DNA of 64,000 nucleotides, taken from the NCBI RefSeq assembly GCF_006345805.1, contig NC_043012.1, forward strand, positions 25,544,001 through 25,608,000. The letters run 5' to 3'. Numbering within the stretch: position 1 is the stretch's first letter; each line of letters begins with the position of its first letter. Position numbers and translations under genes: made by a program. Positions 24,976 through 39,914 of this stretch are shown here, one piece after another. A model generated the notes under the pieces. The model saw nothing but the letters and a program-made list of their open reading frames with translations, had not been told where the DNA came from and made no database searches. Source of the stretch: Octopus sinensis (taxonomy: Eukaryota).

Positions 24976-26439
24976 CAGAAAATAAAAGAACAACGTGAAG
25001 ATACCATTGTACAATAAACATTTATTCTCACGATACCAGTGTACAATAAACATTTATTCTCACGTGCTAAAATGAATGTCATGCGTGGTTAAAAAGCCTG
25101 CTAGAAATACTAACCAAGCCAGATCACCCTCATGTGAAGTGAATATTTTTTTAAAAACACAGAATGTATTATATAATGAAGTGCTTGATACGCTTCAATC
25201 ATACGACAACATCAGTGTCAAAAGACTTCTTTGATCATAGGTCTGCACCAACCAACATTGATTTCTACACTGCAATAATTATAACAAATGTGAATGAATG
25301 AGACAGACTGTCATGGTCTAGGGACTCCTAGCAACGATTGAAATTTCTATCGCAGTCTCATTTAAAATCGCTCGCTAACGAAGTCTCGCATACAGTTCCA
25401 GTTTTAATGCAAGTTATAAGTGTGTGAAACTTGAATTATTTTAATCACCACACTTGCGCACTGATAGATTTTATGTACATGCAATTTCTACCAGATCTTA
25501 AAATGATTTTTTTCTTGTATATCGTTTTTGAGGTCATTCCACATGCTAAACAACAGCTTCCAAAATTCTTGTAAGTCACTCTTCACATGATTAAAACAAT
25601 GGAAAATCGTGTCGCACATTCGAAAGACAAAGATCTCTAATTATCACATATTATATTAGCTTGTTGATTATAACGTGGTTTCGTCGGCGGATTTTTTTCT
25701 CCGTATAGGACTCACAAACAAATAATTACTTATTATAGATACATTAATACATATAAAGTGTTGGCCTGCGGCGACAAAGAGAACACATAAGACAACAATA
25801 ACAAGGTCCGTCTTAAATATAAATATGGCTTTGAAGAAATGGAGCCTGTTCATTTTCGCAAAATTATCGTTCTATCCAAATGGCATTAGACACAGATTTA
25901 TTTGAGTCATGTAACGATGAAGCTTCTATGTTGTGGCTCGATCTGCCAGATATAAGGTGCCAATTACATCCCTGCACACAATAGTGTCCCCACCAAAAAT
26001 GACTATATTAAATATATGTGATCTTTGGTACATCGTGTCTCAAAAGTTTACACAACATTGATGAAACCTTAATTCAGTTGATCAGGTGACCCTTGAATAC
26101 TGGTGCACTGTATTTACATAAAACACTTTCCTATATCTTTGGTATTTTACGGTCGTCTTTATTTCTTCTATCGAATCTTAGAAGAGGCCAGTTTGATTCT
26201 GGTATTAAGATCCTTAGGCATATATGCGGCGCTAGAGATAACGTAAACAAAATGATTGTTGGTAGAAACACTGTAGAGAAACGTGTAATTATGCCCGAAA
26301 AGCTTTTGCTTGTGTATCTTCTAAACGAGGATCACATCATCTGCCGTACGCACATACATACACAAATATATACATGCATACATACATGCATACATACATA
26401 CATGCATGCATATACATGTATTACACAATATATATATAT

Positions 26440-26470
<31 letters not shown>

Positions 26471-26566
26471 ATAACAAGGTAAAATTAATTAATCAGAAGT
26501 AATCAATAATTCACCACAGTAGAATTCAGCATGAGAAAAGGACCATTTCATGGTAAACTTAAGTAA

Positions 26567-26887
26567 TACTTAATAATTAGGGTTCAGCAAAGATTGCTTA
26601 CCACATACCGAAGTTTAAAATAGCAGCCAAAATCGTTATTAATTTTCCTACTTTAAAAAGGCACTCCCAGAAAAACCAAAATACTTGAAACGCGCGTCCA
26701 TAGGTGACCAGATATTGATTAATTTTCGTTACTTTTCCTCTGTGCCTGTGTGGATTGTTTTCAAGTATTTTGGTTTTTCTGGGAGTCCATTTTTGAAGTA
26801 GAAGAAATAGCTAACGCTTTTTGGCTGCTATTTCTAAACTTCGGTATGTGGTAAAGCAAATCTTTGCTGAACCCTAATTATTAAGTA
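26567..26887. mobile_element. MITE-like element with ~125-bp terminal inverted repeats and TA termini
   Basis: 26567-26690 (tacttaataattagggttcagcaaagatt...caaaatacttgaaa) is the reverse complement of 26759-26887 with few mismatches; spacer about 68 bp. Confidence 0.85.
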
Positions 26888-26927
26888 AACAACACACACA
26901 CACACACCCACACACACACACACACAC

Positions 26928-26964
<37 letters not shown>

Positions 26965-27050
26965 CATATACACAAACATACAGACACATATATACACACG
27001 CATTTATATTTCTCCTGTTTTATTTAACTGCTGTACAGTAATACATACAC

Positions 27051-27097
<47 letters not shown>

Positions 27098-27622
27098 TAT
27101 TATATATATATATATATATATATGTTGAATACAGCCGTGTTTCGTAGACTGTAACACACTACTCATGTGTATATGCATTAAATGCATCTGTACATGAATA
27201 GATACGTGCATGCGTAAATATATACATATATACATACAAAATTTGTGTATCTATATATCTTATTGTATACAGGTGAATCTCAACATTACACCGAGCTTGC
27301 TCTTTGCAATTAATGGAATTTCATTTTGCTTTAAAATCATAACCATAATTTACCTGTTTTCCAAATACCACTTTGAAAACCATTCAATTGGGCAACACGC
27401 TCCTATGGTGGTATCAAATTACTGTTAATATGTCTCGCGCTGATATATACGTGTAATCAAGTTGTTATAGAAAATATGTGCCAATGATAAATTGAAATTA
27501 ACTTTGTTCCCATCTCTTGTATGTTGAAATGGTATGTATTGTAGGTAATATATACTTGTGGCTAATATAATTATTATAGCTGACATTAATATACAAACGT
27601 AACATATGTAAAGATATCTTAC

Positions 27623-27703
27623 CTGTAAGACCTGGTTGGCCACGTTGTCCCAAATCACCCTTGTCTCCTTTGGCACCTTGCCTTCCAGGTCGACCAGGCT
27701 GAC
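27623..27703 (-). CDS. Internal collagen triple-helix exon (81 bp, phase 1 to 1, nine Gly-X-Y triplets) of the same gene
   Basis: Minus strand reads ...gtccttttctttctaaag|GTCAGCCTGGT...CTTACAG|gtaaga. Translation is (G)QP GRP GRQ GAK GDK GDL GQR GQP GLT (G), with Gly at every third codon and split Gly codons at both ends. It joins the 48380-48458 exon in frame and in Gly-X-Y register. Confidence 0.9.
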
Positions 27704-28073
27704 CTTTAGAAAGAAAAGGACAAGAAACTTGCTAAATATATTATATAATATTCTACACATTAACATGTTATTTCAAAAACAGATACGCATAATCGTGTGC
27801 ACATTGACACATGCCCATGAATGCGCGTGGATATCTCAATACACAACATATATATACTCACATAAAACAAAATATATATAAATATATAACACATATGAAT
27901 ATATATAAACATGAGGCGTTGCGTGCCTATAAATTCCGGAAGCATATATATCTCTCTCCCTCCCCCTCCCCCTCTCTCTATCTATTTATTTATCTGTCTG
28001 TCTGTCAATCTGCTTCCCTGTCTGTTTGTTTAACTGTCTACACTTCTATCTACCTACCTACCTACCTACCTAC

Positions 28074-28139
<66 letters not shown>

Positions 28140-28206
28140 GCCTATATAGAGATATACGTCCAGATATACAAACAAATATGTATAACACATATATATATAT
28201 GTGTAT

Positions 28207-28240
<34 letters not shown>

Positions 28241-28241
<1 letters not shown>

Positions 28242-28321
28242 TAATTCTAATGAATCTTAATTATATATATATATATATAATTATATATTATATATATATA
28301 ATTAAGATTCATTTGAATTAG
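28241..28321. repeat. AT-rich palindrome, 30-bp arms with 1 mismatch
   Basis: ctaattctaatgaatcttaattatatatat versus atatatataattaagattcatttgaattag. Confidence 0.9.
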
Positions 28322-28385
28322 GTACTTAAGTTCAGGTACCAAGCCTGTTCGATATTGTTCGCGCAGCTGGAAGTTTGGTTAATAA

Positions 28386-28753
28386 AAAGCAAATAAGTAA
28401 CAAAGATACCCAGGTTTGAATGCATTACGGCCGTTTCGAGCGGCTCCATTTCATCGATCGATGCAAACATTACATAATTTGAACGAAACCGGTCTCTTCA
28501 GCATCAGACGTATATATTTCCAACATAAAGGATAAACCATGTGTTAACAAAATTTACATCAGTACGAGAAACCAAAACACTTAGCAAAGGGAAGTGATTT
28601 AAGATTCATACTGAAAATCTATATGGTTGTCTGAAACTCAGGAGTGTGATGTCTGTCAAATTGATGTAATGGTTGCATTGAACAAATAAAGGATGCCGTT
28701 TGAAACGGCTGTAATGCATTCATACTTAGACATCCTTGTTACTTATTTGCTTT
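28386..28753. mobile_element. Older MITE-like element with ~97-bp imperfect inverted arms
   Basis: aaagcaaataagtaacaa...tgaatgcattac.gccgtttc...cattacat.aatttga (28386-28482) is the reverse complement of 28656-28753. Confidence 0.75.
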
Positions 28754-29049
28754 CTATATCAATGTATGCATGTATGTATATTAAACCATTGGGAGTGAAG
28801 GACTCCTAGCCTTTGATAGGGCATTCTTCTAGGAGAAGGTAACTCAGCTAACTGGGATTACTCTGACATAAAACCTGTGGCTCAGTGGTTACCGATGATG
28901 TTGACTTGTTCTTCTTTTCGGATTATGGCTGCTGTTGCTTAGTGAGTGGGATTGACTCAGTGCACAGATCTCCTCACTTTATCGTGCACAGGCATTGCAC
29001 GATAACAACATTATGCTTCGTGAATGGCCATACTCAATAACGAGGGGGC

Positions 29050-29405
<356 letters not shown>

Positions 29406-29891
29406 CATATACTAGACCAAAAAGAAGAAGAAAATACAAGTCAGGGCGAGTATCTTAAAACACCCACCTCTCTCTATATATGTCCGTATATAGGTATGCT
29501 TGTGTGAGTGTGTGTCCATATGAATGTGTGCATATGTGCCTATATCGGTGTATAGATGAATGCGGCTGTATCAGTATACATATGGATAATAGGTTAATTT
29601 TGCATGTTCATGGAGGTGTGTTACTTGTACAATGTGTATGAGGTATCATGGAATGTTGTTATCCAGTATATAATAACTTAAGCAGAAAATTGATATATTT
29701 ATACCAAAACAAAGTATGACACTTATATAGACTTAATAACAATTTATAAACCAATTTGCATTGGGTTAACTTTTCTTCACTTACAGTTCCTAAGCGCAAA
29801 CCACACACACTCAGACATGAAAAGGAATGCGTACATATACACATATTTACAGTCATGGATGTGTGAGTGTGTATGCGTATGCATGTGTATA

Positions 29892-29950
<59 letters not shown>

Positions 29951-30540
29951 GTATATACATACATATATATATATGTATATATGTATATATATATATGCAT
30001 ACATATATAATAAAAGATGTATATATATATTCATATACATATACATATGCATATATGTATATGTACATATATGCATACGTATATATGTATATGTACATAT
30101 GCATACATGCGCATTCACACGCACACAAACACACACACATATATTTTATATATCGAGAGAGAGAGAGAGACGTATTTCTTAGATAATACAGTCAAAGTCA
30201 TACGCCAAATTGTTCGGTTCCAAAATAACCAATTGAGAAGAGGCTGTAAATTGGCACAAATGAAGACGTTTTACTTTCAAGTATTCGTAATAATGTTCTC
30301 TTGTCAAACGGGGGAAGGGGATTTACACCGTACTCATCTTTAAATATAGTAGCAACATAATTGGAGACTAAGTTGAAAGCATGCAAGGAAGTATATACAT
30401 ATTAATTTATAGACGCGTATACATTCAAACCTATCCGTCGAGAAAAGAAGAATAATTAAAAAATATTATTAATGTATCAGAAGGCAAAGCAAAATATCCG
30501 GCTTACATGGTCATTATTCCACCCCTTATATGGTACAGGT

Positions 30541-30917
30541 AGAGGCGCAATGGCCCAGTGGTTAGGGCAGCGGACTCGCGGTCATAGGATTGCGGTTTCG
30601 ATTCCCAGACCGGGCGTTGTGAGTGTTTATTGAGCGAAAACATCTACAGCTCCACGAGGCTCCGGCAGGGGATGGTGGTGATCCTGCTGTACTCTTTCAC
30701 CACAACTTTCTCTCACTCTTACTTCCTTTTCTGTTGTACCTGTATTTCAAAGGGCGCCTTGCCACTCTCTGTGTCACGCTGAATATCCCGAGAACTACGT
30801 TAAGGGTACACGTGTCTGTGGAGTACTCAGCCACTTACACGTTAATTTCACGAGCAGGCTTTTCCGTTGATTCGGATCAACCGGAACCCTCGTCGTCGTA
30901 ACCGACGGAGTACTTCC
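30541..30917 (+). mobile_element. SINE family C, full-length, tail type C1
   Basis: tRNA-like head with A box TGGCCCAGTGG and B box GGTTTCGATTCC. The body is shared with 8880-9075 and the tail with 2340-2550. Confidence 0.9.
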
Positions 30918-30929
30918 ATCCCATGCATT

Positions 30930-32400
30930 TTCATGAACGTTTCAAACACGGGTTACTCAGAAATGTTTTCCGCATATGCTACGCAGATGTTGGTACCACA
31001 AGATGTGGCAACAATTTGTTATATGCATCTGGAATTCTCAAATTACTGTATGATTTCATGTAGCTTAGAAAGCAAGCTTTTGAGAAGAGACGAAGACTAC
31101 ACTACATTTTGTGTGGTGTATTCGTGATATTTCCTCTCCTCAAAGTACGTCTTGACTCTGCTAGTTCAAAGTTATAAACGCCTTCCTTCACCAGAGACAT
31201 CTTTCACAGTTTTGTAGTATTTTAGGCATTCCAGTGACCTATAGAGAAACGCAGTGTTCTTAGAATGTCTTTTGATAGCCAAGGAATTACAGGAAATACC
31301 TGTCTGAAGACCATATAAAACCTTGATTCATTCACTTGAATGCATCTTGAACATGCGATAAAATTTCTGAACGCCGTGTATATTTAATTGTTCTTAATTT
31401 TCGTTGCTTTCTGTGACTTATAATAACAGTTTTCGAATGTTTTAAACGCTACATTAGGATTCAGTAAAGGTGTACAATGTGATTGTTTTTCCTTCAATGT
31501 CTGGAATACATTACTGTTATTGTTGCCAAACCATTCGCTGATTCCGTAGATATTAACGCGCAAACCATATCTCTGATCCTAGAAATTGGGCCATCGAAAC
31601 TGGTAGAATTGAACTTACTTTATACAAGTTCCAATATATCCAATGGAGTTAATTTGTCAACAACTTTGCAAATTTTCTTACAAACCTAAAATTTGAACTT
31701 CGCCTCTATTTGTTTATGGTCACTGCCACAATCTGCGCTACATATAACATGTGGACTACTGATATCTCGCATATCGGATCTTTACGCGAGGAGAATATCA
31801 AATCAGTCACGTGAACTTTCATTGATCGTAAATGTGTCCGTTGTTATTTTATGTCATAATCTCTGCCGAACATAGTGTTACAAATATTTAAATTATCTTC
31901 AAAGTAAAGCTGAAATAAGTGAAATTCAATTTTTTTCTCAAGACCAATACCGTGTCGGCCAAGTTAATATCAAATTTGAAATTGCCTGCCGACATGAGCA
32001 TTAAAATCTTCGAGAACAATAAATTTGTGTAGCGAAAATGGTATTTCTGAGTGACGGAGAGAAAGATAAGATTCTGTCCTCTTTTGCTTGAAGAATTAGC
32101 AGATACACAAAAAGAATTGAAATATAACGATCACATGTAAGAGAAATATTTAAGTTTATTATTCGACCAGTGATACTGTATGACTGCTCTAAATATTTTT
32201 ATAGATTAAATTCTTCGGGAAATCTGCAGACCAACATTCTGTCAAATGGTTACTCAAGAAAAGTCCGGTTCCTGAAATTGCTGCTTTATCTATGATGAGA
32301 CGATTCAATTTCTTAACAGTAATGCAACTCGAGTTTGTATATGCTCTGCACGATTTAGATCGGTTCTTCCTTTCCAATAACATGTGTTAATATTTTGCTT
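30930..32400 (-). mobile_element. Degenerate RTE-type LINE, endonuclease region and downstream linker
   Basis: Minus-strand peptides FIVLEDFNAHVGRQ, GRHGIGLEK, DNLNICNTMF and SADCGSDHKQIEAKF match the APE motifs GDFNA and (A)DCxSDH typical of RTE. Best supported at 31690-32130; outer limits are approximate. Confidence 0.75.
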
Positions 32401-33189
32401 TAGAATAAATTCTTGCTATAAATGTTTTGCTCTTTAAAGTTTCGCTCATTCTGATCACTAGGTATAATTTGCGGTTAAGTAACAAGCATATATAGACAGG
32501 CAGTCTTTAGAGTAACTTCACAATCACTTGGAAGAATATATCTTCGGCACCTACCCAGATACTGAGTGACAGGATGATCGGTGCTCACCTACACAAGGCT
32601 GCTAAGATATAGTAAACTCCACCGAAGCAATTCTTGTCTATGAAAACATGGTCATGACGTCCGAGTGTAATTTGCAATCATTTAGATGTAGATTTGTGAC
32701 TGCATCCGTAAATATTTACCACTGCACGGATTTCTACATCTGAATTTCACGAAAGAAGCACATTTGCACACGGTTGGATGGTCGTTAAAACGCATGCGTC
32801 ATCTGTCATTTAAGAGGGTCTTGGTCAGTTTCGGTTTTAAGGGATGTACAAAAGAGTCACCATCGGACAAAACTAGACTTTTTCGTCGAGTGGGCCAGAT
32901 CGGTCACCGATGATTCGACCAAAGTTTAATGGATTATATGTTACCAGTATCATTCTAGAGTCATCTGAAACGCATACTTAAACACGATATAGACGCCGAA
33001 ACACACACACATATTTAAAATTTCTTATACGTGCCCTTTTGAATTTCTAATAAAATAAATACAGTTGTACTGCGGTTTCCGACCGTCTCTGTTCGCAAAT
33101 AAATCCAGCTTTGTCGCCTGTCTTTCTAATATTCATTTAATATAGTAGTACCTCGGTTTACAAATGCATCTGATCACGAATACACGCGC

Positions 33190-33232
33190 TCTATCTATCT
33201 ATCTATGTACCTATCTACCTCTCTACCTATAC

Positions 33233-33315
<83 letters not shown>

Positions 33316-33342
33316 ATCTATATGTATGTATGTATTATATAT

Positions 33343-33387
<45 letters not shown>

Positions 33388-33470
33388 TATATATATAATA
33401 TATTCTAATACTCTGATCGTGAATAAATCGTACTTTATATATATATATATATATATATAATATAATAATA
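33190..33470. repeat. (CTAT)n/(TA)n microsatellite
   Basis: Directly visible. Confidence 0.95.
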
Positions 33471-33884
33471 TTACTAATTGGATTTTTCACTCCATTACGA
33501 CTATCCCGGTGGTGCGCATGGCAGAATTTTGGAGGGAAAATTTACAGTTTCAATCGTCTACTTAGTTTTAGCCTATGCTCCCTTTCCGCCCACTATTTGA
33601 TGACGCCTGGTCAAAGGTGGCGGCTGGTGGCATTTGATAAATCTAACGAAGATGGTGCTGAAGAAAGACAAGGCAATTTCTCGCCTACGATCTAGAAACA
33701 TGTTCACTATTAACGGTAAGGCATTGTTTTCGTTTATTTACTCCTTCTATTTTGCGTATGTGAATTGCAGGGTTACGCCGTATATGGAGCCCCCCACTTG
33801 TAGAAAATGGAAATAAACAGTCTCTGACTGCTATTTCTAATTCTTTCGGTATGCGGCAGAGCAGCTTGTTGCCTGCATTTTACC

Positions 33885-33920
<36 letters not shown>

Positions 33921-34464
33921 TCTATATATATATATATATATATTATAAGTACGATTATCGTGATCGGAGTTATACGAAACCGAGGTACAACTATATATAC
34001 AAATTATAGAAATAATTGAAATAATGAAAAAAAATGCACCACAGTACCGTTCCTACTTCGCAGACTTTCACCAATTGGAACGTAACACCCACGATAGTCG
34101 AGCGATAATTATCTCTCTCTCTCTCTCTCCCTCTCTGTCTGTCGATCTCTCTCTCCCTCTCTGTCTCTCTCTCTCTATATATATATATACACACATACAC
34201 CATACATGCCTTCTACTGCCAGTGTACATTTGTATACTGTTGACTATGAATTACCTTTATGATTTCAGAAATGCAGTTAAAAGAACATATAGTAGAATAA
34301 ATCATGAAGGTTTATTGTAAAACATGAGTACCCGAATTATTAGCAACATCAGAATAGTGAGACGTGGGGGATTTTGGTTGCGCACACCATGCTGAGTTAT
34401 ACCTCATTATTTTCTTACCGGAATTTGTCAAATTGTAAAGTTACTGTATGGAGACAGTCTCCCC

Positions 34465-34720
<256 letters not shown>

Positions 34721-35064
34721 GTACGTATTTATAATGTAATGCATTTCACGTATGTTATTTCTTATCTATGGTTTCACAACTTTGTTCCGTTGTTTATCTT
34801 CAACAATATACCACTTGCTCGTATATGTGTTGTTTTGCCTGTTTAATTGAGCACAGCAGTTCTAACTTCACGAAGATAAAGCTTATTCTGGAAGTCTAGT
34901 GTTTCAGGTATTTTGTATAGAGATAATCTGTTTACGTTATTTGAGAGAGAATGCAAGCTATAAAGCTTGATTAATAGACATCTATATAAAGATTTAACAC
35001 ACAGATAAAACATATAGCCAGATTTTCATTCTAATGGAGTAAAAGTATATAGATAGATACAACA

Positions 35065-35152
35065 TCATCATTATATATAATATATAATAAATATATATAA
35101 TATATATATACGTATATATTATATATATGTATATATATATGTTATATATATA

Positions 35153-35193
<41 letters not shown>

Positions 35194-35256
35194 TATACGT
35201 ATATATGTATATATATATATTGAATATATATATATATCTATGTATATATATATATA

Positions 35257-35312
<56 letters not shown>

Positions 35313-35350
35313 GAATATACGTATATATGTATATATATATATATACATGA

Positions 35351-35386
<36 letters not shown>

Positions 35387-35431
35387 GAATATATTACGTA
35401 TATATATACGTACATAAATATATGTATATTA

Positions 35432-35472
<41 letters not shown>

Positions 35473-35505
35473 TATATAATATATATATATATATATATAT
35501 ATGGA
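35065..35505. repeat. Long imperfect (TA)n tract
   Basis: Directly visible. Confidence 0.95.
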
Positions 35506-37062
35506 TCTATCAGAAGACCATACGTAGACAAATAGATAATGTTATTTTATTTGTGTATAACAAAATTGAGTAACCGATAATATATAAACGGGAGGGTGTT
35601 CAGAAAGTTGATCAAACAAGCAGATGCAAGCATTCACGCACATATATGATATGAGTGTAATTCTATATACGTAAATGCATGCACACACATGCCTACATAC
35701 ATACGAAAATCTGTAGAGATATTCACATGCACGCACACGCACACACACAAACACACACACACACACACGCACACACACACATATATATATATATATGTAT
35801 ATGTACATAGGTACATATTTATAATTATATCAATGACGTATGTGATATTAAAGGGAGGAAAATAAGTGGGATGCGGAGGAAATTGCAGATAAAATCACTT
35901 GCGTACATTCCAGCAAACGCATTTATAGTTGCTGTGGGTGATGAGGCTGATTTTCCGCTATATGTTCTTAAGTGGTGGGCAGGCATGGGGCGATAGTTAT
36001 TAGTGATTTCGAGTAAATGTATTGTATTCTAGTGGACATGCCCATCCATACATAGATACATATATAACACATAACACACACGTATATTATATGTATATAT
36101 ACATATGTATATACATATATATATATATATTATATATTATATAATATATATATATTATATATATATATATATGTATATAATGGATTTTTATAATAACATA
36201 TGTTTCATTATTCTTTAACTTTTATGTTTATGTACTTTAATGCAACGGCGTGTCAATAACAATATTTGGAGTTTTATGTATATGTGTATATATTAACGCA
36301 TATATATGTATGTAAGTATAATAATGCATATAAGCACATGCATATATATACATATATATACGCATATATACGTATATATATATACATACACACACACACA
36401 CTCAGACACACACACACTCACACACACACACATATATATATGTACATACATTCCCGCGCATATGAATGTGAGGGTATTTTATGCTCGCTGTGTTTGTATA
36501 TGAAAACGATGCAATTGCCTTCATTATTGTCACCTGAAATGAAAGACACGAAAGAAGGCTGAAGAAAAGGTGGAGCTGATGAAGCAGCAGCAGGAGGAGG
36601 AGGTGTAAAAGAAGAGAGAGAATCGCTTTGTAAATAATATAAACAATATCAATGATAATAATCATATGAACGTTTGGTAACAAAACATCATAGTTACAGA
36701 CACACTTTACACTTCACACCAAGACACTCAGATTTGTATCTCCCACGTGGGTTCGTTCTGCTTTCATTTTCTCTCTAGCTATCTCTGTGTCTCTCAATCA
36801 ATCTCTACATTTTACATGTAAAATGTATACACATATATTTACACACACACACATACATACATACACACACACATGCACACGCACACACAAACACACTCAT
36901 ATATATATGCAGATATAATTATACCTATTAATATTTTAGCATAATTATACTGATATATATTCATACTGTATATAGCCATGTACATATATATATATATATA
37001 ATATACACACATCACCACACACACACACACATATATATATATAATATACATATATGTATATA

Positions 37063-37123
<61 letters not shown>

Positions 37124-37339
37124 TATATTATATATATATATATATACACATACATATATACATATTCATGCACACATAGACGCCACATACACACACAGAG
37201 TCCCTTTGCACATATTAAACTCAAAAATTTTCATACAATTTAGTTTTTAAACACATTTCAAAACATCTTTAGAAAACATTCAAAAACTTCTCTCGTTGAT
37301 TCTATCCGATTATTCTGGCAAATTCTACAAAATACTCTC

Positions 37340-37360
37340 CCATGATTATTGCTATTATTA

Positions 37361-37418
<58 letters not shown>

Positions 37419-37444
37419 CATCATTATTATTATTATTATTATTA

Positions 37445-37481
<37 letters not shown>

Positions 37482-37550
37482 GCTATCATCCTCATCATCG
37501 TTATTATTATCTTTATTATTGTTATTATTGTTATTATTATTATTATTACT
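37340..37550. repeat. (TTA)n microsatellite
   Basis: Directly visible. Confidence 0.95.
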
Positions 37551-39156
37551 CTTATTTGCCTCTCATTGAAAGTTGTCTTAAACACAAGACTGAACAGCCA
37601 ATGCTGTAATGTATTAAAGAGCTTTTATCTCAAACTAATTCACTAAGCATGTCTTTCTAACGCTGAATTTTCTGCTTCCGCAATCTAAATGCGTTTCAAA
37701 TATTATTTCTTTTTCTTCCCAGCATTCATTCTTTCTTTCACTCTTTCTGCCTTTTTTTTTCTTAGTTTCTCCCCTTTCTCCTCCTTACTTTCTGTTTTTC
37801 TCTATCTTTCTTATCGTATCTTTTTGGTGGCTTTCTTTTTCTCTTTCCTCTCTTTGTTATTTTTATTCATTTCGTTTCATTTTCTTTTCATAAATTTCTC
37901 TTTGTTTGTGTGTTTAGTGGCTTGTTTCCTTTATGATTACATGTGTGTGTGTGTGTGAGTGTATGTGTGCACGCGTGTGTGTCTATATATGTGAGTATAT
38001 TAGTGTATGCGTGTATACATAAATACACACACATACACACAAACATATATATATAACATGCAATCATATCTATGTTCATTTGTTTTATAATTTTATAATT
38101 TCTTCTATATTTAGGAGGTTATCTTATTATTGTGCATATATATATGTGTGTTTATGTATATGTATATATATATATATATATAGATATATATATATATATA
38201 TATATATGTAGTATGTATGTATGTATGTATGTATGTGTATGTGTATGTATATGTGTGTACGTTATGAATATACATACTGACAGATACATACGTGTAAACG
38301 AATCTGCGTATCTTTGTACGTGAGTATATTTATCTCTCGCGCTCTCTCGTCCCTTCTCTGTGTCTTGTTGTGCGCATGTGTGATTGTATATGTGTATGTG
38401 TGTGTATGTCTGCATGCGTTTGTGTGTGTGCTTGTGTGTGTATGTTTGCGTGTTTGAGCGCGCGTATTATCCTCATTTCAAATACGAAATCCACATCTAA
38501 ACCCGACGCTTTAGTAACGAAGGCTCTTGTACGTTATCGGTCATTTCTACATATCCACGCATATTCACACTCTCACGTACAGTGTATATACATACGCACC
38601 AACATACATACACGCAAATACACTTTTTACATACTTAGAACTATACTTAGGCACAGACAAACATATGCAGCTTCATACATATATATGCAGATTCATACTT
38701 GCATATACTCATATAAACATACGCACAGACATACTCAGTTTTGCTTTACAAATATATCTCTCATTCTGCGCTCTGTCTTTCTTTCTTTCTCTCTTTCATT
38801 GTCTATCCCTCTCTACCTTCCGCTACTTGACTATGTGAAACTCTGCGGCGCTCTATCTCACCATAAGCGTCTAATCTAGATAATAATAATAATAATAATA
38901 ATAATGATGTTGATGATGATGATGTTGATAACAATAATAATGATAATAATAATAATAATATTAATAATAATTAAATGAAGAAGAAGCAGAAGGGGAGGAA
39001 GAAGAAGAAGTAGGGAGTAGAAGCAGAGGAGGAAGAAGAAGAAGAAGATAACAAACTAGGCAACTATTGTAACTAAACAGAAATATACATGCATACACGC
39101 ATATATAAGTATACATATATGCATGTTATGTATACACACACACATACACAAATACA

Positions 39157-39211
<55 letters not shown>

Positions 39212-39315
39212 TTATACATATATATGTGTATGTGTATTCTATATACATATATTTGTGTGCATACATACATAAACGCACACACACTCACACACACACCACA
39301 CACACACACACACAC

Positions 39316-39361
<46 letters not shown>

Positions 39362-39914
39362 GTATATATGCATAGGCACACACGAGTGCGTGTCTGTGAG
39401 GGTGTGTAATAAAAGGGGAATAAAACTAGAGGTAATCTTATGGAAGCTGCTTGTAAGATGGCATTAATGTGTCTTCCGATCGAGTTTGGTAGCGAAGTTA
39501 AAATTTCTGGTTGGTATCAGATGTTTTTGGCGAGGTAACTTGAGATACGACGTGGAGTAATGTGGTATTTTGTACTTTAGTGAGCGTAAGTTTGCGTGAC
39601 CTGGCGCTGGAGTATGGTGGGGCTGTATGGCCTCATTTGCTCTAGTGATGCAGTATGCAGCTGTATGGTGTAACCATGAACGGTGGTGTATCACGATGTG
39701 CTGCATTTACGCGGACTATAGGGTGATGTTTGGTGTAGTGAAATAAGTTCTTATGTGGTGCTTTAGAGCATGTGACGGCCCACATTGGTGCGGTGTATAA
39801 TGATATGGTGCAGTGTAATGCGGTTTTGTTTAGTCAAATGTAGTATGGGTTAGTGTGAAATACTGTAGAGTGGTATGCATTGTGGTATTGTTGTGGTCGG
39901 CCGTATTATAATGA

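Noticed and set aside
30545-30615. tRNA-like sequence (also 15455-15520 and 9005-9070)
   Set aside because: These are SINE heads with A/B boxes; there is no acceptor-stem closure and they continue into multi-copy SINE bodies.
32684-32741. Interrupted hairpin (9-bp plus 6-bp stems) upstream of the RTE relic
   Set aside because: Short stems are expected by chance, and no ribozyme fold is evident.
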